From IMG/VR virus record IMGVR_UViG_3300002542_000292: a DNA stretch of 64,000 bases; one strand, written 5' to 3'. This DNA is from a virus. Taxonomy: Duplodnaviria; Heunggongvirae; Uroviricota; Caudoviricetes. The position numbers were made by a program, and so were the translations under genes. Below, piece by piece: positions 36,224-49,622 of the stretch. Numbering within the stretch: position 1 is the first letter of the stretch; the number at the start of each line of letters is the position of its first letter. Under the pieces are notes generated by a model. The model saw nothing but the letters and a program-made list of their open reading frames with translations. It was not told the origin of the DNA and did not search any database.

Positions 36224-37102
36224 CATCCCCACACCAATCCCGACGAGATATAGAATGCGTATCAAAGCAGCTAGGAAAAGTGCTGATGCCAGCATCTCCC
36301 TCAGCGTATACGTGTAAACGGCGTCCAACATCGACGTTCCGACCATCGCAAAGATCCACCCAAATGCGAATATATTGATGCGTTTGCGCGCCTTCCTAGG
36401 GTATATGCTGAACAACCAGAAAAGTGCACAGTGGATGGTTTCATATATGCCGGCTATCAGATACGAAATGAATCTTACTTTCATTCCGTACATTTGCTTC
36501 AAAGTAAGAATATATACCTTCGGATAGAAGTCGGGACTTGGTATTCCTTCGATATACGGAGAAGAAAACACGCCAAATTTCCGCAACACGTCTTGAAGAT
36601 TGGATGACTTATTTTCGTCCGTCCGCTTGTCTTGTGCCTTTTGTTCCGACTTCTTGTGCCGTTTGGTGCGTTTTGCCTGCTTGTCTTGCCGTTCATGATG
36701 CGTATGTTGTTTTTGCTGCCGATGGGCATTCTGATTTTGCGCATGTTGTTCTTGTTGTTGGTTGGCGCGCTGATATTGATCCTGTTGTTCCCATTGGCGA
36801 TATGCATTATGGTACTGGGTTTGTTGCCAGTTAGATCTTGCGTTTCTTTGGGGAGTTTCTTGTCCCCCTGTACCCGAATGGTTGTTTCCATCTTCGTAGT
36901 TCGGTTGGGAAGCATTCTTTCTCCTATGAATATCCTCAATCATGGCGAATGCGGCGTTGATACGCGCCATTTTTTCATTGGCATCCGCGTCCTTACATAC
37001 ATCCGGATGATACTTCATGGCCAATTTCCTATATATTCTTTTTATTTCTTCAAAATCTGTATCCGGACTTACTTGTAGGATTTCATACGGATTCATGGTC
37101 AT
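36161..37102 (-). CDS. J-domain protein with a Q/H-rich linker and a C-terminal multi-TM domain (DjlA-like architecture)
   Basis: MTMNPYEILQVSPDTDFEEIKRIYRKLAMKYHPDV is a canonical J-domain; C-terminal hydrophobic helices. Confidence 0.75.
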   Translation of the reverse strand: MTMNPYEILQVSPDTDFEEIKRIYRKLAMKYHPDVCKDADANEKMARINAAFAMIEDIHRRKNASQPNYEDGNNHSGTGGQETPQRNARSNWQQTQYHNAYRQWEQQDQYQRANQQQEQHAQNQNAHRQQKQHTHHERQDKQAKRTKRHKKSEQKAQDKRTDENKSSNLQDVLRKFGVFSSPYIEGIPSPDFYPKVYILTLKQMYGMKVRFISYLIAGIYETIHCALFWLFSIYPRKARKRINIFAFGWIFAMVGTSMLDAVYTYTLREMLASALFLAALIRILYLVGIGVGMLYSKVVTSSDRHGRIGRRRT

Positions 37103-37185
37103 GCACTTCCCAAAGTATTATTCTACACATTATTATAACATGCAAAATGCTTTTCCGACAATAATTCCGATGGGGATGATGTATT

Positions 37186-37791
37186 GTGGTCAAATTGATC
37201 AGAAAACTGTTTCGGCTGTTTGAACTACTGAACAAGGAAAAGAGAAAAAGGAAAAGGAATTTCCGGGAAGGAAGGAAAGGAGAACTGTCAGTATATAGGT
37301 ATCTATGCCGCATGGGTTATGAAGATGCAATCATGCATGATCTCATCCTGCGCGACCCAAAAACCGGAGTCATGGCGCAGGTTGACATACTGCTCGCAAC
37401 GAAGAATGCAGTATTGATAATAGAAGTCAAAACCCAAAATTTCAGATGCATGGAGGGACATGTGGATTCCGATTCTTGGACCGTTATTTACGGAAACGGC
37501 AAAAGATACGCTTCCAACAACATGTACAAACAAGCGTTGAAACAAAAGAAAGTGGTACAGTCCCTGCTGAAAAAATACGGCATACTTTGTCCTGTATACA
37601 GTGTTGTATTTATACAGAACAAAAACGACAATATACAGGTGGATATCGAGGGACTGAACAATGCCGAAGTCATATTTACCACATCGCTTGATCGCATAGA
37701 TTGGAACTCTATAAGGAAGGAACCCCATGGAAAAGTCAAAAAAGTATTCGTTGCAGAAAATGCCAAAAATTCATATGTGAGACTTCGGTGA
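37186..37791 (+). CDS. NERD (nuclease-related) domain protein
   Basis: GELSVYRYLCRMGYE...VDILLATKNAVLIIEVK pattern typical of NERD. Confidence 0.5.
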   Translation: MVKLIRKLFRLFELLNKEKRKRKRNFREGRKGELSVYRYLCRMGYEDAIMHDLILRDPKTGVMAQVDILLATKNAVLIIEVKTQNFRCMEGHVDSDSWTVIYGNGKRYASNNMYKQALKQKKVVQSLLKKYGILCPVYSVVFIQNKNDNIQVDIEGLNNAEVIFTTSLDRIDWNSIRKEPHGKVKKVFVAENAKNSYVRLR

Positions 37792-37803
37792 AAGGTAAAG
37801 GCG

Positions 37804-38226
37804 GTGTTTTTCGTGTTCATGGTACATACTGGCACTGGAAAGCAAGAACGTGGTACATACGTTCCCGGCGTAGGCAAAGATTGGTACGACAGAATAAGGA
37901 AGCCAGATGGGTGGGTTCCCATTGATGTGTTTAATCTGCATTCTTTGGACGATGTGAAGAGATTGTTGGTGCATCCCCATTCCTACTCGTTTTACTATAC
38001 GAACAAACTTTCGTGTATGTGTGTCATGTTTTACATGGATGGCAACGTACTTGGAGCAAGTTGCGCCATACATAGATCAAGCATCATTAACAAAGCCCAT
38101 TATCATGCGAACGGTGAATACCTGGGATGCATCCCGTACAAGCATGCATACAACAAGTATGCCCATATGTTTGATCGTTTGTTCTTCACCATATACAGAA
38201 ATGTATTGCGCAGTGTTAATGATTGA
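37804..38226 (+). CDS. Hypothetical protein (140 aa)
   Basis: ORF only. Confidence 0.35.
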   Translation: MFFVFMVHTGTGKQERGTYVPGVGKDWYDRIRKPDGWVPIDVFNLHSLDDVKRLLVHPHSYSFYYTNKLSCMCVMFYMDGNVLGASCAIHRSSIINKAHYHANGEYLGCIPYKHAYNKYAHMFDRLFFTIYRNVLRSVND

Positions 38227-38274
38227 CTGCACTGTAGATTAATGCTAAAATTTAAGTGAAAGGAGAGAATAGAA

Positions 38275-39288
38275 ATGAGACAGATGAACGTCTTCCGAGT
38301 GTATTCGGTAGATCTTGAAAAGGAAACCTGCGTCATCACTGACGGCAGACACTATATAGAAATACGTACGGACGGAGATGTAGCAGTCATCCCAGGTCAA
38401 TACTGGCTCGTGGATCTCGATGACTACGCACTCGTCGTTGAATGTCAAGAAGAAACTATCGACGTATTCAACGACGGCGTGTATGTACGCTATTCCTTCG
38501 GCAGAGAACCGGAAGCCATAGATATGGAACATAGGCAAGATCCGTCCGACGTCAATGCAGACAGAGATAACATGAAAGACGTGTTTGAGGTGGAACAGAT
38601 CATGAAACAAGACACGTCTTTCGAAAGCCACCACGTACTCGAATCCGGTCAATCGGCAAGCATACATGCCAAAATTGTGGGTCGTGCGCTGCACCAATAT
38701 TGCCCGGAGCTTGGGGTAGTGCGGGTTTCTCCCTTGACTCCCAAAGTTCTGAAACAAATGATTTCAACTGAAGGTCCTGTAACTTATCATCCGGAGCATA
38801 GTTTGATAGCATTCCCAAATGGTTCGCATGTGCAAATAAATGAAGGCGAGGAATTGGAAATCTTCGAAGACTTGGTCATAGATGCCCGCAAATCGGCAGA
38901 TCAAACTGTTACAGGAACGGTCCGCAGCAGTTACATCGACAATGTACCGAAAGTAGTGGTGGGAAAACATACTGGCAAATACTTTATAGATCCATCCCAA
39001 TCCAGCATCATATATCCGGAAATGGAATACGTCATTTCCCCAAGTCTACAGAGTAGGATACAGTTCATCATGGAACCCGTACCGTATGATGTATTCAAAA
39101 GATGCGTGGAACAGTATCTGTTCAGCAATTGGGGAATGGATAGGGAACTTTTGTGCGAATATCTGCATAGGGAATATACCAACTTCAACGGCGTTCCTAT
39201 ATCCCTTTCCCTGGAAGACCGCATACAGTTGCAAGAAAGGATTTTGGGGATAGAAAGAGGAAGGTGTGCAGAATACGTTCGGAAATAA
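38275..39288 (+). CDS. Hypothetical protein (337 aa)
   Basis: AAAGGAGAGAA RBS; terminator downstream. Confidence 0.5.
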   Translation: MRQMNVFRVYSVDLEKETCVITDGRHYIEIRTDGDVAVIPGQYWLVDLDDYALVVECQEETIDVFNDGVYVRYSFGREPEAIDMEHRQDPSDVNADRDNMKDVFEVEQIMKQDTSFESHHVLESGQSASIHAKIVGRALHQYCPELGVVRVSPLTPKVLKQMISTEGPVTYHPEHSLIAFPNGSHVQINEGEELEIFEDLVIDARKSADQTVTGTVRSSYIDNVPKVVVGKHTGKYFIDPSQSSIIYPEMEYVISPSLQSRIQFIMEPVPYDVFKRCVEQYLFSNWGMDRELLCEYLHREYTNFNGVPISLSLEDRIQLQERILGIERGRCAEYVRK

Positions 39289-39328
39289 AAAAGACCGCTG
39301 CCGATAGGCAGCGGTCTTTTCGTTTTTT
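39289..39328. terminator. Bidirectional terminator AAAAGACCGCTGCC-GATA-GGCAGCGGTCTTTT plus T-run
   Basis: 14-bp stem between convergent genes. Confidence 0.8.
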
Positions 39329-39333
39329 CTGCA

Positions 39334-41781
39334 TTATTCTTCGTCGTCTTCGGAATAAATGGTGGACACGGACACCACTTTGGAATTCGCAGACAAGTTG
39401 AGGAGTTTCACGCCTTGTGCGTACCGGCTGTATTCCACGATTCCTTCGATGGGTTGCCGGTTGATTTCGCCGGTATCGGTGACCATGACGATCTCGTCAC
39501 CTTCCCCAACGACCTTGAGTCCGACGAGCGCACCCTTCGCATTGCGCGTATGCGTTGTCCGGATACCGCATCCTCCGTGCCGTTGCACCCTGTATTCTGC
39601 GAGATCTACGAGTTTTCCGTACCCGTCCGCCGTGATGACCACGATCTTGTTTTGCTGTTTGTCTGAAAGGATGTCTGCATCCACCACGCAGTCGCCTTTG
39701 TCCAAGCAGATGCCAAGGACGCCGAACGAATCGCGGGGCATTTCATCCAAACTGCTTTCTCTGAATCTGATGGCATTGCCTTCCTTGGTGCAGATAAGGA
39801 TTTCGTCACCCGGCTTCACGCCAATAACCTTCACAATGCGGTCGTTCGTTCGAACGTTCATTGCAAGAAGACCAGCACGCGTAATGTTGTCGAAATCGGA
39901 AATGCGGGTCTTTTTGACATAACCCCTTTCCGTGATGAACAGAACGTGCGTGGACTCGCCGGACAGTGGCACGATGGATTGCACGTTTCCTTTGAGTTCC
40001 TTGCCGAGCAGACTGCCGACATGGATGCCACGAGCCACCTTGGATTTTTCCGGAATATCGTACACGTTGACCTTGTGAACGATGCCGGAATCCGTGAACA
40101 TCAGCACCGAATCCCTTGTCGACGCACTGAACACCTGCGCTACGAAATCGTCATCTTGAAGCTTCGTCATCACCCGCGCACGGTTGCCGCGACGCTGGCG
40201 TACAATGCTGTTCTCCGGTGCTCTCTTCATGTATCCGCGATTGGTGACGGAGACGATGACCCTCTCGTCCGGAATGGTTTCAAGCACTTCTTCCAAGGAA
40301 GACTTCGCTTCTCTCGTAGTAATTTCCGTGCGCCGATCGTCGCCGTATTTTTCGCCAAGTTCCGCAATTTCCGCTTTCAGCACTTGCAAGATGTTCTTGC
40401 GGGACGACAGGATTTCCATGTACTTCCGCTTTTGTTCCTGCTTTTCTGCCATTTCGTCACGAAGTTTGGTAGCTTCCAAGTTCGTCAACCCTGCAATGCG
40501 CATGTTGACGATTGCCGCCGATTGGATGTCAGAAATGCTGTATTTTGCCTTCAATGCAAACTTGGCTTCTTCTGCATCTTTAGAACTGCGGACGATCTTG
40601 ATAACGTCGTCGATGTTGTTTTGTGCTACAAGCAACCCTTCCAAAATGTGAATGCGTTCTTCGACCTTTTTCAGATCGTATTCGGTGCGTCTGCGGATGA
40701 TTTCTGCCTGATGATCGATATAGGCTTGTACGAGCTGCTTGAGGTTCATCACCTGGGGCTTCCCGTTCTGCAACACCAAGTTTTTGACGGCAAACGTGGT
40801 GCGCAGGGCCGTTTGACGCATGAGTCTTTCACGGATGACGTCGACGTGAGCATCCCTCTTCAATTCGATGACGATTCGGATGCCATCTCGGTCGGATTCG
40901 TCGCGCAGATCTGCAATCCCTTCGACTTTCTTTTCTTTGACGAGTTCTGCAATCTTGGCGATGAGGTTGGCCTTGTTGACCATGTACGGCAGTTCCGTAA
41001 CTACGAGGGCGGATTTCCCACCTTTGTATTCTTCGAATTCGATCTTGGATTCGACCGAAACTGTACCCGTCCCCGTAGTATAGATGGACGGCAGAACGTT
41101 GCCGTTGGTCACGATGCCACCTGTAGGGAAGTCCGGACCTTTGACGTATTCGAGGAGGTCCGACACTTCATACTGCTCGTCCATGTCGATCGCTTTCGTG
41201 ATGGCGGCGCAGATTTCCCGCAGATTGTGCGGAGGCATGTTGGTCGCCATACCTACAGCAATACCCTGCACGCCGTTGGCCAGAATGTTCGGAAACTTGG
41301 CGGGAAGAACGGAGGGTTCCACTTCTTCATTGTCGTAGTTCGGAACCATGTCCACCGTTTCCTTGCCGATGTCACGAAGCATTTCCACGGCAAGCGGCGT
41401 GAGTCTGGCTTCCGTGTACCGCATGGCGGCTGCCGAATCGCCGTCGATGGAACCGAAGTTGCCGTGTCCATCGACAAGCGGATAGCGCATGGAGAAGTCC
41501 TGTGCCATGCGCACCAAAGTACCGTACACGGCGGCGTCGCCGTGCGGGTGGTATTTACCGATAATTTCACCGACGATACGTGCGGACTTCTTGTAAGGGC
41601 TGTTCGGACCGATACCCAAATGATGCATGGCATACAGCACGCGCCTATGTACGGGCTTAAGACCGTCGCGTACGTCCGGAAGCGCACGGCTCGTGATGAC
41701 GCTCATTGCGTAATCGAGAAAGGAAGATTCCACTTCCTTGGATATCTCAAGGTCTATGATCCTTTCCAGGTTTTCAGACAT
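39334..41781 (-). CDS. gyrA: DNA gyrase/topoisomerase II subunit A
   Basis: FLDYAMSVI...[15 protein letters not shown]...[10 protein letters not shown]; AGGAGG RBS before the internal Met at 41781 (the ORF track begins 7 codons upstream). Confidence 0.85.
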   Translation of the reverse strand: MSENLERIIDLEISKEVESSFLDYAMSVITSRALPDVRDGLKPVHRRVLYAMHHLGIGPNSPYKKSARIVGEIIGKYHPHGDAAVYGTLVRMAQDFSMRYPLVDGHGNFGSIDGDSAAAMRYTEARLTPLAVEMLRDIGKETVDMVPNYDNEEVEPSVLPAKFPNILANGVQGIAVGMATNMPPHNLREICAAITKAIDMDEQYEVSDLLEYVKGPDFPTGGIVTNGNVLPSIYTTGTGTVSVESKIEFEEYKGGKSALVVTELPYMVNKANLIAKIAELVKEKKVEGIADLRDESDRDGIRIVIELKRDAHVDVIRERLMRQTALRTTFAVKNLVLQNGKPQVMNLKQLVQAYIDHQAEIIRRRTEYDLKKVEERIHILEGLLVAQNNIDDVIKIVRSSKDAEEAKFALKAKYSISDIQSAAIVNMRIAGLTNLEATKLRDEMAEKQEQKRKYMEILSSRKNILQVLKAEIAELGEKYGDDRRTEITTREAKSSLEEVLETIPDERVIVSVTNRGYMKRAPENSIVRQRRGNRARVMTKLQDDDFVAQVFSASTRDSVLMFTDSGIVHKVNVYDIPEKSKVARGIHVGSLLGKELKGNVQSIVPLSGESTHVLFITERGYVKKTRISDFDNITRAGLLAMNVRTNDRIVKVIGVKPGDEILICTKEGNAIRFRESSLDEMPRDSFGVLGICLDKGDCVVDADILSDKQQNKIVVITADGYGKLVDLAEYRVQRHGGCGIRTTHTRNAKGALVGLKVVGEGDEIVMVTDTGEINRQPIEGIVEYSRYAQGVKLLNLSANSKVVSVSTIYSEDDEE

Positions 41782-41925
41782 TGAACGATCCTCCTCAGGC
41801 ATTTTGTGATAACTTAATTATACCATTTGCAAATTTCCACTGTCAACATATTCGACGTCCATAATTGTTGATTCCGGAGAACGTTACATGTTACAATAAA
41901 ATAAGGTAGAGGGAGGTCGTTCACA

Positions 41926-42324
41926 TTGGCAAACATAGAAAAGATCAAAACCGTAGAACCAAGTTTCGACAGTTACAAGAAAATGATAAAACAAAATTCA
42001 CAGACGAAAAAGACGGGATTCGTGGCTTTTATTATACTGATAATTCTGTCCGTCGGAATGTCCATGTATATGCTGTTCAACAAGGAGTATGCAGTCACCG
42101 CAATCATACAGGGCAAAGAAGTGCTGTATGAACATTCCCCTGGCATATTTTCGGAAGGAACGAAAAAAACCGATAAATATATGTGGAAAGTCAAGTGGCA
42201 GGGTCAGGTTTTACATCCTTTGGGGAATATGGTACAAGTGGATTCGGAAATGTTCGACGCATATGAGGTCGGCGATCATGTGGTAATCACGTTCAAAGGG
42301 AATAGGGTGGTAGACGTAAAATAG
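41926..42324 (+). CDS. Membrane protein, hypothetical (132 aa)
   Basis: GGAGG RBS; one TM helix. Confidence 0.5.
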   Translation: MANIEKIKTVEPSFDSYKKMIKQNSQTKKTGFVAFIILIILSVGMSMYMLFNKEYAVTAIIQGKEVLYEHSPGIFSEGTKKTDKYMWKVKWQGQVLHPLGNMVQVDSEMFDAYEVGDHVVITFKGNRVVDVK

Positions 42325-42381
42325 AGGGGAGATGACATTTCATCTCCCCCTCACTTTTGCCCATTCGTCTACGATCGCAAC

Positions 42382-43347
42382 TTATACAGCCACATTGGCC
42401 TGTATTTTTGGATGGTATTGGTAGTGTTTGATTTTGATGTGTTCCGGTCCCATGTCGAACAAGGATGGGGCGTCTTCTTCTATGACGAGTTCGGGGAATG
42501 GATACGGTACGCGTTCGAGTTGCGTTTTTACCTGTTCCACGTGGTTCGAGTAGATGTGGGCATCGTTCACGTTATGCACGAGTTCTCCGACTTCGAGTCC
42601 GACTTCTCTTGCCACAAGGTGCGTAAGAAGCGCATAGGATGCAATGTTGAAAGGAACGCCGAGGAACATATCGCCACTGCGCTGTTCGAGGAGGCAGGAA
42701 AGTTTGCCGTCTGCAACGAAGAATTGGAAGGACTTGTGACACGGAGGAAGTGCCATAAAGTCGTTTTCTCCGGGATGCCACGCATTTACGATCAGACGGC
42801 GTGAATAAGGATTGGTCTTGAGTTCTTCCACGACTTCGGCGAATTGATCTACAGTCTCGACTTGCCCCGTCTCTGGATTGACATACTTCCAATTTCTCCA
42901 TTGTACGCCGTATATACGGCCAAGATCTCCCCAACGCGCAGCAAAGTTATCGTCTTCCAGGATTTTCTGGACAAACTTTGCCATTTCCTGTTCATATACG
43001 GCGCGGAACTTCTCGTCCTTCATGGCGCGGATGCCAAAATCAGTCATATCCGGCCCCTTGTACTCCTTGGACTGCACGTACCGTTTGAATGCCCATTCGT
43101 TCCAAATGTGGTTGTTGTGTTCGAGGAGGTATCTGATGTTGTTCATTCCTTTTATGAACCACAAAAGTTCCGACTTGATAAGATCGAACGGCATTTTCTT
43201 CGTGGTGAGCAGGGGGAAGCCGTCAGACAGATTGAACCTCATCTGGATGCCGAGGACGGCATATGTTCCGACGCCTGTCCTGTCCTGCCTGTAGGAACCG
43301 TTCTCCAAGATGTAGGCACAAGCATCCAAGTATTGATATTCGGACAT
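42382..43347 (-). CDS. thyA: Thymidylate synthase
   Basis: ThyA-type motifs recognised in the translation ([31 protein letters not shown]..., [20 protein letters not shown]); GGAGGAAA RBS before the internal Met (the ORF-track start is 62 codons upstream). Confidence 0.85.
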   Translation of the reverse strand: MSEYQYLDACAYILENGSYRQDRTGVGTYAVLGIQMRFNLSDGFPLLTTKKMPFDLIKSELLWFIKGMNNIRYLLEHNNHIWNEWAFKRYVQSKEYKGPDMTDFGIRAMKDEKFRAVYEQEMAKFVQKILEDDNFAARWGDLGRIYGVQWRNWKYVNPETGQVETVDQFAEVVEELKTNPYSRRLIVNAWHPGENDFMALPPCHKSFQFFVADGKLSCLLEQRSGDMFLGVPFNIASYALLTHLVAREVGLEVGELVHNVNDAHIYSNHVEQVKTQLERVPYPFPELVIEEDAPSLFDMGPEHIKIKHYQYHPKIQANVAV

Positions 43348-43531
43348 ACATTTCCTCCTCAGATGTTGTTCCATAATGAAAGGATACCCTAAATGTATGC
43401 GACAAGTCAATATACATATTACGATGGATCTATGCATGGGATTCCCCGCATAATGTATTGACTTGCTGCGAGACATGTATGTAAAATGAAACATAATAGC
43501 AGATTTCATATTCTCCATAGGAGGAAAATAC

Positions 43532-43903
43532 ATGCAAAATCAGCCCGCAATTTTCTATTCATTTCCGTCCTGCAACTCGTCCAGAAGGGTCAAGAATTGG
43601 TTGGTTGTGAACCGGGTAGAACATGTGGAGCGGCGCGTGCTTCGCGACACTATTGATCCGGATGAAATCATGCGTATGCTGAAGCTTTCTAAGGAAGGAT
43701 TCGACGAAATCATATCTTCGCGTATCGGAAGCGTAGGGGAAAGCATCGTGGATTTCGAAGATCTGCCTACAAGCAAGTTCATCCAATTCGTGTGCGAAAA
43801 TCCCATCGTGCTTCGCAAACCGATACTCATTCTGGGAGACCGGCTTATCGTCGGTTGGAACAGAGATGTATACAGAGAAATCGCTACAAAGCAACTTGTT
43901 TGA
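43532..43903 (+). CDS. Spx/ArsC-family (thioredoxin-fold) protein with CxxS in place of CxxC
   Basis: Near-collinear with B. subtilis Spx as recalled ([46 protein letters not shown]); active site CNSS. Confidence 0.7.
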   Translation: MQNQPAIFYSFPSCNSSRRVKNWLVVNRVEHVERRVLRDTIDPDEIMRMLKLSKEGFDEIISSRIGSVGESIVDFEDLPTSKFIQFVCENPIVLRKPILILGDRLIVGWNRDVYREIATKQLV

Positions 43904-43919
43904 CCTCATGAAAATGCGT

Positions 43920-43955
43920 GAGCCCAGCACATTGTGCTGGGCTCTCAATTTTTGG
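43920..43955. terminator. Bidirectional terminator GAGCCCAGCAC-ATT-GTGCTGGGCTC plus TCAATTTTTGG
   Basis: 11-bp perfect stem. Confidence 0.8.
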
Positions 43956-43959
43956 CACA

Positions 43960-44226
43960 TCAACGATCTTCGACAATCAGTCGAATCATCGTGCGTTCTT
44001 CGTTGTCGAGTTTGACGTCGCCGAATGCGGGAATGGCGATGAGGTTTTTCCCGCTGGTTGCCGTGATGCCACGTGCAATGGCCACCGCCTTGATTGCTTG
44101 GTTGACCGCTCCTGCACCGATAGCATGCAATTCCACACGTTGTGCGGTCTTGAGTTCCCCCGCAATGGCTCCTGCTACAGACGTTGGGCTGGATTTCGCG
44201 GAAACTTTCAGAACTGTAACTGCCAC
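43960..44226 (-). CDS. spoVS: SpoVS (stage V sporulation protein S) homolog
   Basis: VLKVSAKSSPTSVAGAIAGELKTA...AIGAGAVNQAIKAVAIARG...IPAF matches B. subtilis SpoVS closely over 86 aa as recalled; GGGAGGAG RBS, GTG start. Confidence 0.8.
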   Translation of the reverse strand: MAVTVLKVSAKSSPTSVAGAIAGELKTAQRVELHAIGAGAVNQAIKAVAIARGITATSGKNLIAIPAFGDVKLDNEERTMIRLIVEDR

Positions 44227-44306
44227 TGTTTTCTCCTCCCACTGTAAAAGATGTGGAATCTACATGAAATTATATCATGGAGAACGACGTCCGTCAATAA
44301 TATATC

Positions 44307-46265
<1,959 letters not shown>

Positions 46266-46306
46266 TTATTATATCATGAATGGGGAAGGACCGTCAATGC
46301 AATGGG

Positions 46307-46513
46307 TTACTTCTTTCCCCCATCGCCTCCGACGGCAAGCAATATCATGGAAATTATGAGTATGCCCAGGGCCGCAGTGGGTCCAAAAGCCATGCCCAAT
46401 CCTTCTGCAGATTCCTTGGCATTTTTGATAGCTGCCATTCCGACAAAGTATATGACGATTCCCAATATGCTGAGAACTGCCAACGTAAATATAATCTTCG
46501 CCAACAGCTTCAT
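46307..46513 (-). CDS. Small membrane protein (68 aa)
   Basis: Two hydrophobic helices; downstream of gyrB. Confidence 0.4.
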   Translation of the reverse strand: MKLLAKIIFTLAVLSILGIVIYFVGMAAIKNAKESAEGLGMAFGPTAALGILIISMILLAVGGDGGKK

Positions 46514-46665
46514 CTTCTACACTCCCTTCCGAACATGTGTCTTCATACATTTATTGTAACGTCTCCCATGTACTTCGGTCAATACTTTACACTCAATTAT
46601 TGACAATACTTACATTAAAAATGGTATACTGCAATTAGGATGTACATGCAAAGGAGGAGAAACCT

Positions 46666-46959
46666 ATGTCGGCATATGCTATGGTGGACACCAAGTTTCT
46701 GCCCCCGACTGCTTTCGGTAGATGGAATGCCTTTCGGGAAGGCGTGAATCGGGGAGTTCGCGACTACTCGGTACTGGCACAAAAAGTAGAAGAATTCGGC
46801 ATCGACATGCATGCATGGCGCGGACACGACACGGCGATGATTCGCAACATGGAAGTGCACGAACGTGCGCCGCAGAACGTATTCGACATTTTCGAAAACA
46901 TGTCCGTCCAATCTCCGTCTTTCCGCGACATGGACTTTGACCGCTCGATTGACAGGTGA
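46666..46959 (+). CDS. Hypothetical protein (97 aa)
   Basis: AAAGGAGGAGAAA RBS. Confidence 0.55.
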   Translation: MSAYAMVDTKFLPPTAFGRWNAFREGVNRGVRDYSVLAQKVEEFGIDMHAWRGHDTAMIRNMEVHERAPQNVFDIFENMSVQSPSFRDMDFDRSIDR

Positions 46960-47011
46960 ACGGACAGATTCAAAAAACGATATGCAGATGTGAACGGGGT
47001 GCACGGAATCC

Positions 47012-48115
47012 ATGCTACAGATATTGAAAACTTCCATCAAAAATCTGCTGGGTCATGCCTTCAATGCATCGGCAAACAAAGGCCTGTTTGCCGATGCAGT
47101 ATCTCCAATGAAGAAAAGCTTGTATGACGAAATAAAGATAGTGTCAGAATACCTGCACGATCTCATGCTGAAAACGACGAAGTTCGTGAAGGTCAATTCC
47201 AACCTGCTTCCCATAGCAGGAATAAGCTACACGGACATGCAACTTTTGTCCCGCATACCGAACAACCCTATTCTCAGCATGTCTTCCAACGTCCGTTTCG
47301 GCATGGACAGGTACGGTCAGATCAAAGTGTTGGACTTTCGTCCTGGGGGACTCATGCAGTATGTAAACGTCGCAACGGAAAACAACAACTACTGTAACAA
47401 GAAATACATACAGTCTGCATGTATATCCCCGGAAATGTTGCTTCAAAGCTGGATGGTGTACGTTATCAACGGATACCGGAAATACTTGCCGTTGCACAAC
47501 TGCATCCTCATCACAGAAGATAGGAAGGAACACAAATTCCTCACCTACGTATGTAGGAAAGTAGGACTCGACATCGTCGGAACAAATCTCGATGACATCC
47601 ATTCGAAGGGCGATTCCGTGTACTTCAAGAAACACAAAATCGACGTCATCATCAGGACGAAATCGTTCCAAGACATCGTCAAAAATCCGAACTTGTATCA
47701 TGATCTGTTCGATGCCATGTATGAAAAGACATTGATCATCATTGACCCAATCGAAGAATTCATAGCACAGTCGAGGGCCCTGCAAGCCATCCTTTGGTAT
47801 TTGTACGAAACCCAACAATTCTACACCGACGAAGAAATGGAATTCATCGGCACATACATGCTCCCAACGTACATCGTACCGCGCATGGACGGTCCTGCGT
47901 GGATTATGCAGTATTTTGGCGACGAAGAAGCCAAATTTGCCAGCTTCGACGATGTCCCCATGTCGGTGATGGAAGAGGAAGGAATCATCTACCAGTATAG
48001 GGGAGACATGGAATTTGCCTACAACATAAATTCGTTCCTCATCGGCAATAGGTTTGCAGGATGTACCTATGAAAACAAAGAAGGAAAGCAGGAATACACG
48101 TTCGTCAAGAAGTGA
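47012..48115 (+). CDS. Hypothetical protein, possibly ATP-grasp-like
   Basis: 367-aa ORF; weak resemblance only. Confidence 0.35.
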   Translation: MLQILKTSIKNLLGHAFNASANKGLFADAVSPMKKSLYDEIKIVSEYLHDLMLKTTKFVKVNSNLLPIAGISYTDMQLLSRIPNNPILSMSSNVRFGMDRYGQIKVLDFRPGGLMQYVNVATENNNYCNKKYIQSACISPEMLLQSWMVYVINGYRKYLPLHNCILITEDRKEHKFLTYVCRKVGLDIVGTNLDDIHSKGDSVYFKKHKIDVIIRTKSFQDIVKNPNLYHDLFDAMYEKTLIIIDPIEEFIAQSRALQAILWYLYETQQFYTDEEMEFIGTYMLPTYIVPRMDGPAWIMQYFGDEEAKFASFDDVPMSVMEEEGIIYQYRGDMEFAYNINSFLIGNRFAGCTYENKEGKQEYTFVKK

Positions 48116-48139
48116 TGTGCATCCAAATGGAAAACGATT

Positions 48140-48176
48140 GAGGGATAGCCCGGAGGCTATCCCTCTTTTATTTTTG
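48140..48176 (+). terminator. Hairpin GAGGGATAGCC-CGGA-GGCTATCCCTC plus TTTTATTTTT
   Basis: 11-bp perfect stem plus T-run. Confidence 0.8.
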
Positions 48177-48203
48177 TCGTCTCTCGTTTAAATACGAAGT
48201 TTG

Positions 48204-49622
48204 TCATTTTCTCAGCCTCTGAAACCTTTCTATGGCATCCTTGGCGAGTTCCGAACGTTCGCAGTCGTCTTTGGTGAGCGTGATCTGCATGCAATACGGG
48301 GAACCTTTCATGGCTTCAGATGCAACAGAAAGTCCGTTGGTCTGTTCATCCAGATACGGATGATCGATCTGTTCCACATCTCCGCACAATACAATTTTCG
48401 TGCCCGAACCGATTCTCGTTATGATGCTCATTATTTGGTTTGGCGTCGTATTTTGTGTTTCGTCCACGATAACGTACTGATCGACAATACTGCGGCCGCG
48501 CAAAAATCCCACAGCTTCCACGTTGATAATTTTCGAATCGAAATACTGATTGATTGCAGATTCGAGTTCACTCTGTTTGACGTTCTGCTTCTTGTCGTGA
48601 TTTTTCATGCGTTCCGTCAGTATAACTTCCAAGTTGTCACGGATGGGCCGCATGTACGGTGACAGTTTTGCCTGTTCGTCCCCCGGCAAATGTCCGAGAT
48701 CTTCATCCATGGTGATGTTGGTACGGCATACAAGGAGCTTTCTGTATTCCTTGCGTTCATTGGGGTCGTATCCGCCATACTCCAATGTACTGTCCAGACC
48801 GACGGCCAAAGCCATGAGGGTTTTAGCGGTTCCAGCCGGTCCCTTGAGTATGACGAGCGGAACTTCCTGCGCCGGTCTGTACAGAGCATATGCCATGATC
48901 TTTTGTTTGAGGTTTCTCGGTACGATGCCGGATGGACGGTACGAATCAAGGTTTTTGACCACGTTGAACTTTGTGCCGTCCCAAATACTGACGCAGCATT
49001 GTTTGCCACCTTCAAAGCTTCTGAATATGGCGAATTCATTCATCATACAAGAACTGATGTCCACGTAAGAACTGACATCTTCTGCACGAAGCGCACCCTT
49101 TGCGTATGCCAAGTTTACGATTTCGCTCGGAATATAATGTTCACGAATCCCTTTGTATTGTCTCTCGTATTCGACTACACGTTCCCTTTCATATGCTTCG
49201 CATTTGATTCCGAGCGCTTCTGCCTTGATTTTGAGCATCCTGTCGTTGGTGATGAGAATTGTCAGACCTGCGTCCTTGTATGCCAAGCACACTTGCAAGA
49301 TACGGTTGTCGCTTTTTTCGTTCACCCAAGTGTGCGGTACTTTCGTATCTGTGTGGTTGAGTTCCACTTTGAGGAGACCCATTGCAGGAGTGGTCAAACC
49401 GCCGTGAAGCGATTCGCCCGAAGCACGACCCCGTTCTATGATTTCGTCGAGTATCCGTGCCGCTTCCCTGGAATTGTATCCTTTTTCGTCCTTCCTGTCC
49501 TTCATGGAATCAAGTTCTTCCAATACCACTTCTGGAATGACAACATCGTTGTCGCCGAGAGATACGAGTATGTTGGGATCGCTGAGGATCGCGCTCGTAT
49601 CTAGCACGAACGTTTTTTTCAC
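48204..49622 (-). CDS. PIN-domain plus PhoH-like ATPase (YlaK-type)
   Basis: N-terminal FVLDTSAIL (PIN); Walker A GPAGTAKT. Confidence 0.75.
   Translation of the reverse strand: MKKTFVLDTSAILSDPNILVSLGDNDVVIPEVVLEELDSMKDRKDEKGYNSREAARILDEIIERGRASGESLHGGLTTPAMGLLKVELNHTDTKVPHTWVNEKSDNRILQVCLAYKDAGLTILITNDRMLKIKAEALGIKCEAYERERVVEYERQYKGIREHYIPSEIVNLAYAKGALRAEDVSSYVDISSCMMNEFAIFRSFEGGKQCCVSIWDGTKFNVVKNLDSYRPSGIVPRNLKQKIMAYALYRPAQEVPLVILKGPAGTAKTLMALAVGLDSTLEYGGYDPNERKEYRKLLVCRTNITMDEDLGHLPGDEQAKLSPYMRPIRDNLEVILTERMKNHDKKQNVKQSELESAINQYFDSKIINVEAVGFLRGRSIVDQYVIVDETQNTTPNQIMSIITRIGSGTKIVLCGDVEQIDHPYLDEQTNGLSVASEAMKGSPYCMQITLTKDDCERSELAKDAIERFQRLRK

Noticed and set aside
39946-41784. 612-aa plus-strand ORF inside gyrA, and 44388-45146 / 45378-46559 inside gyrB
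   Set aside because: Antisense to strongly supported gyrase genes; long open antisense frames are common in GC-balanced coding DNA
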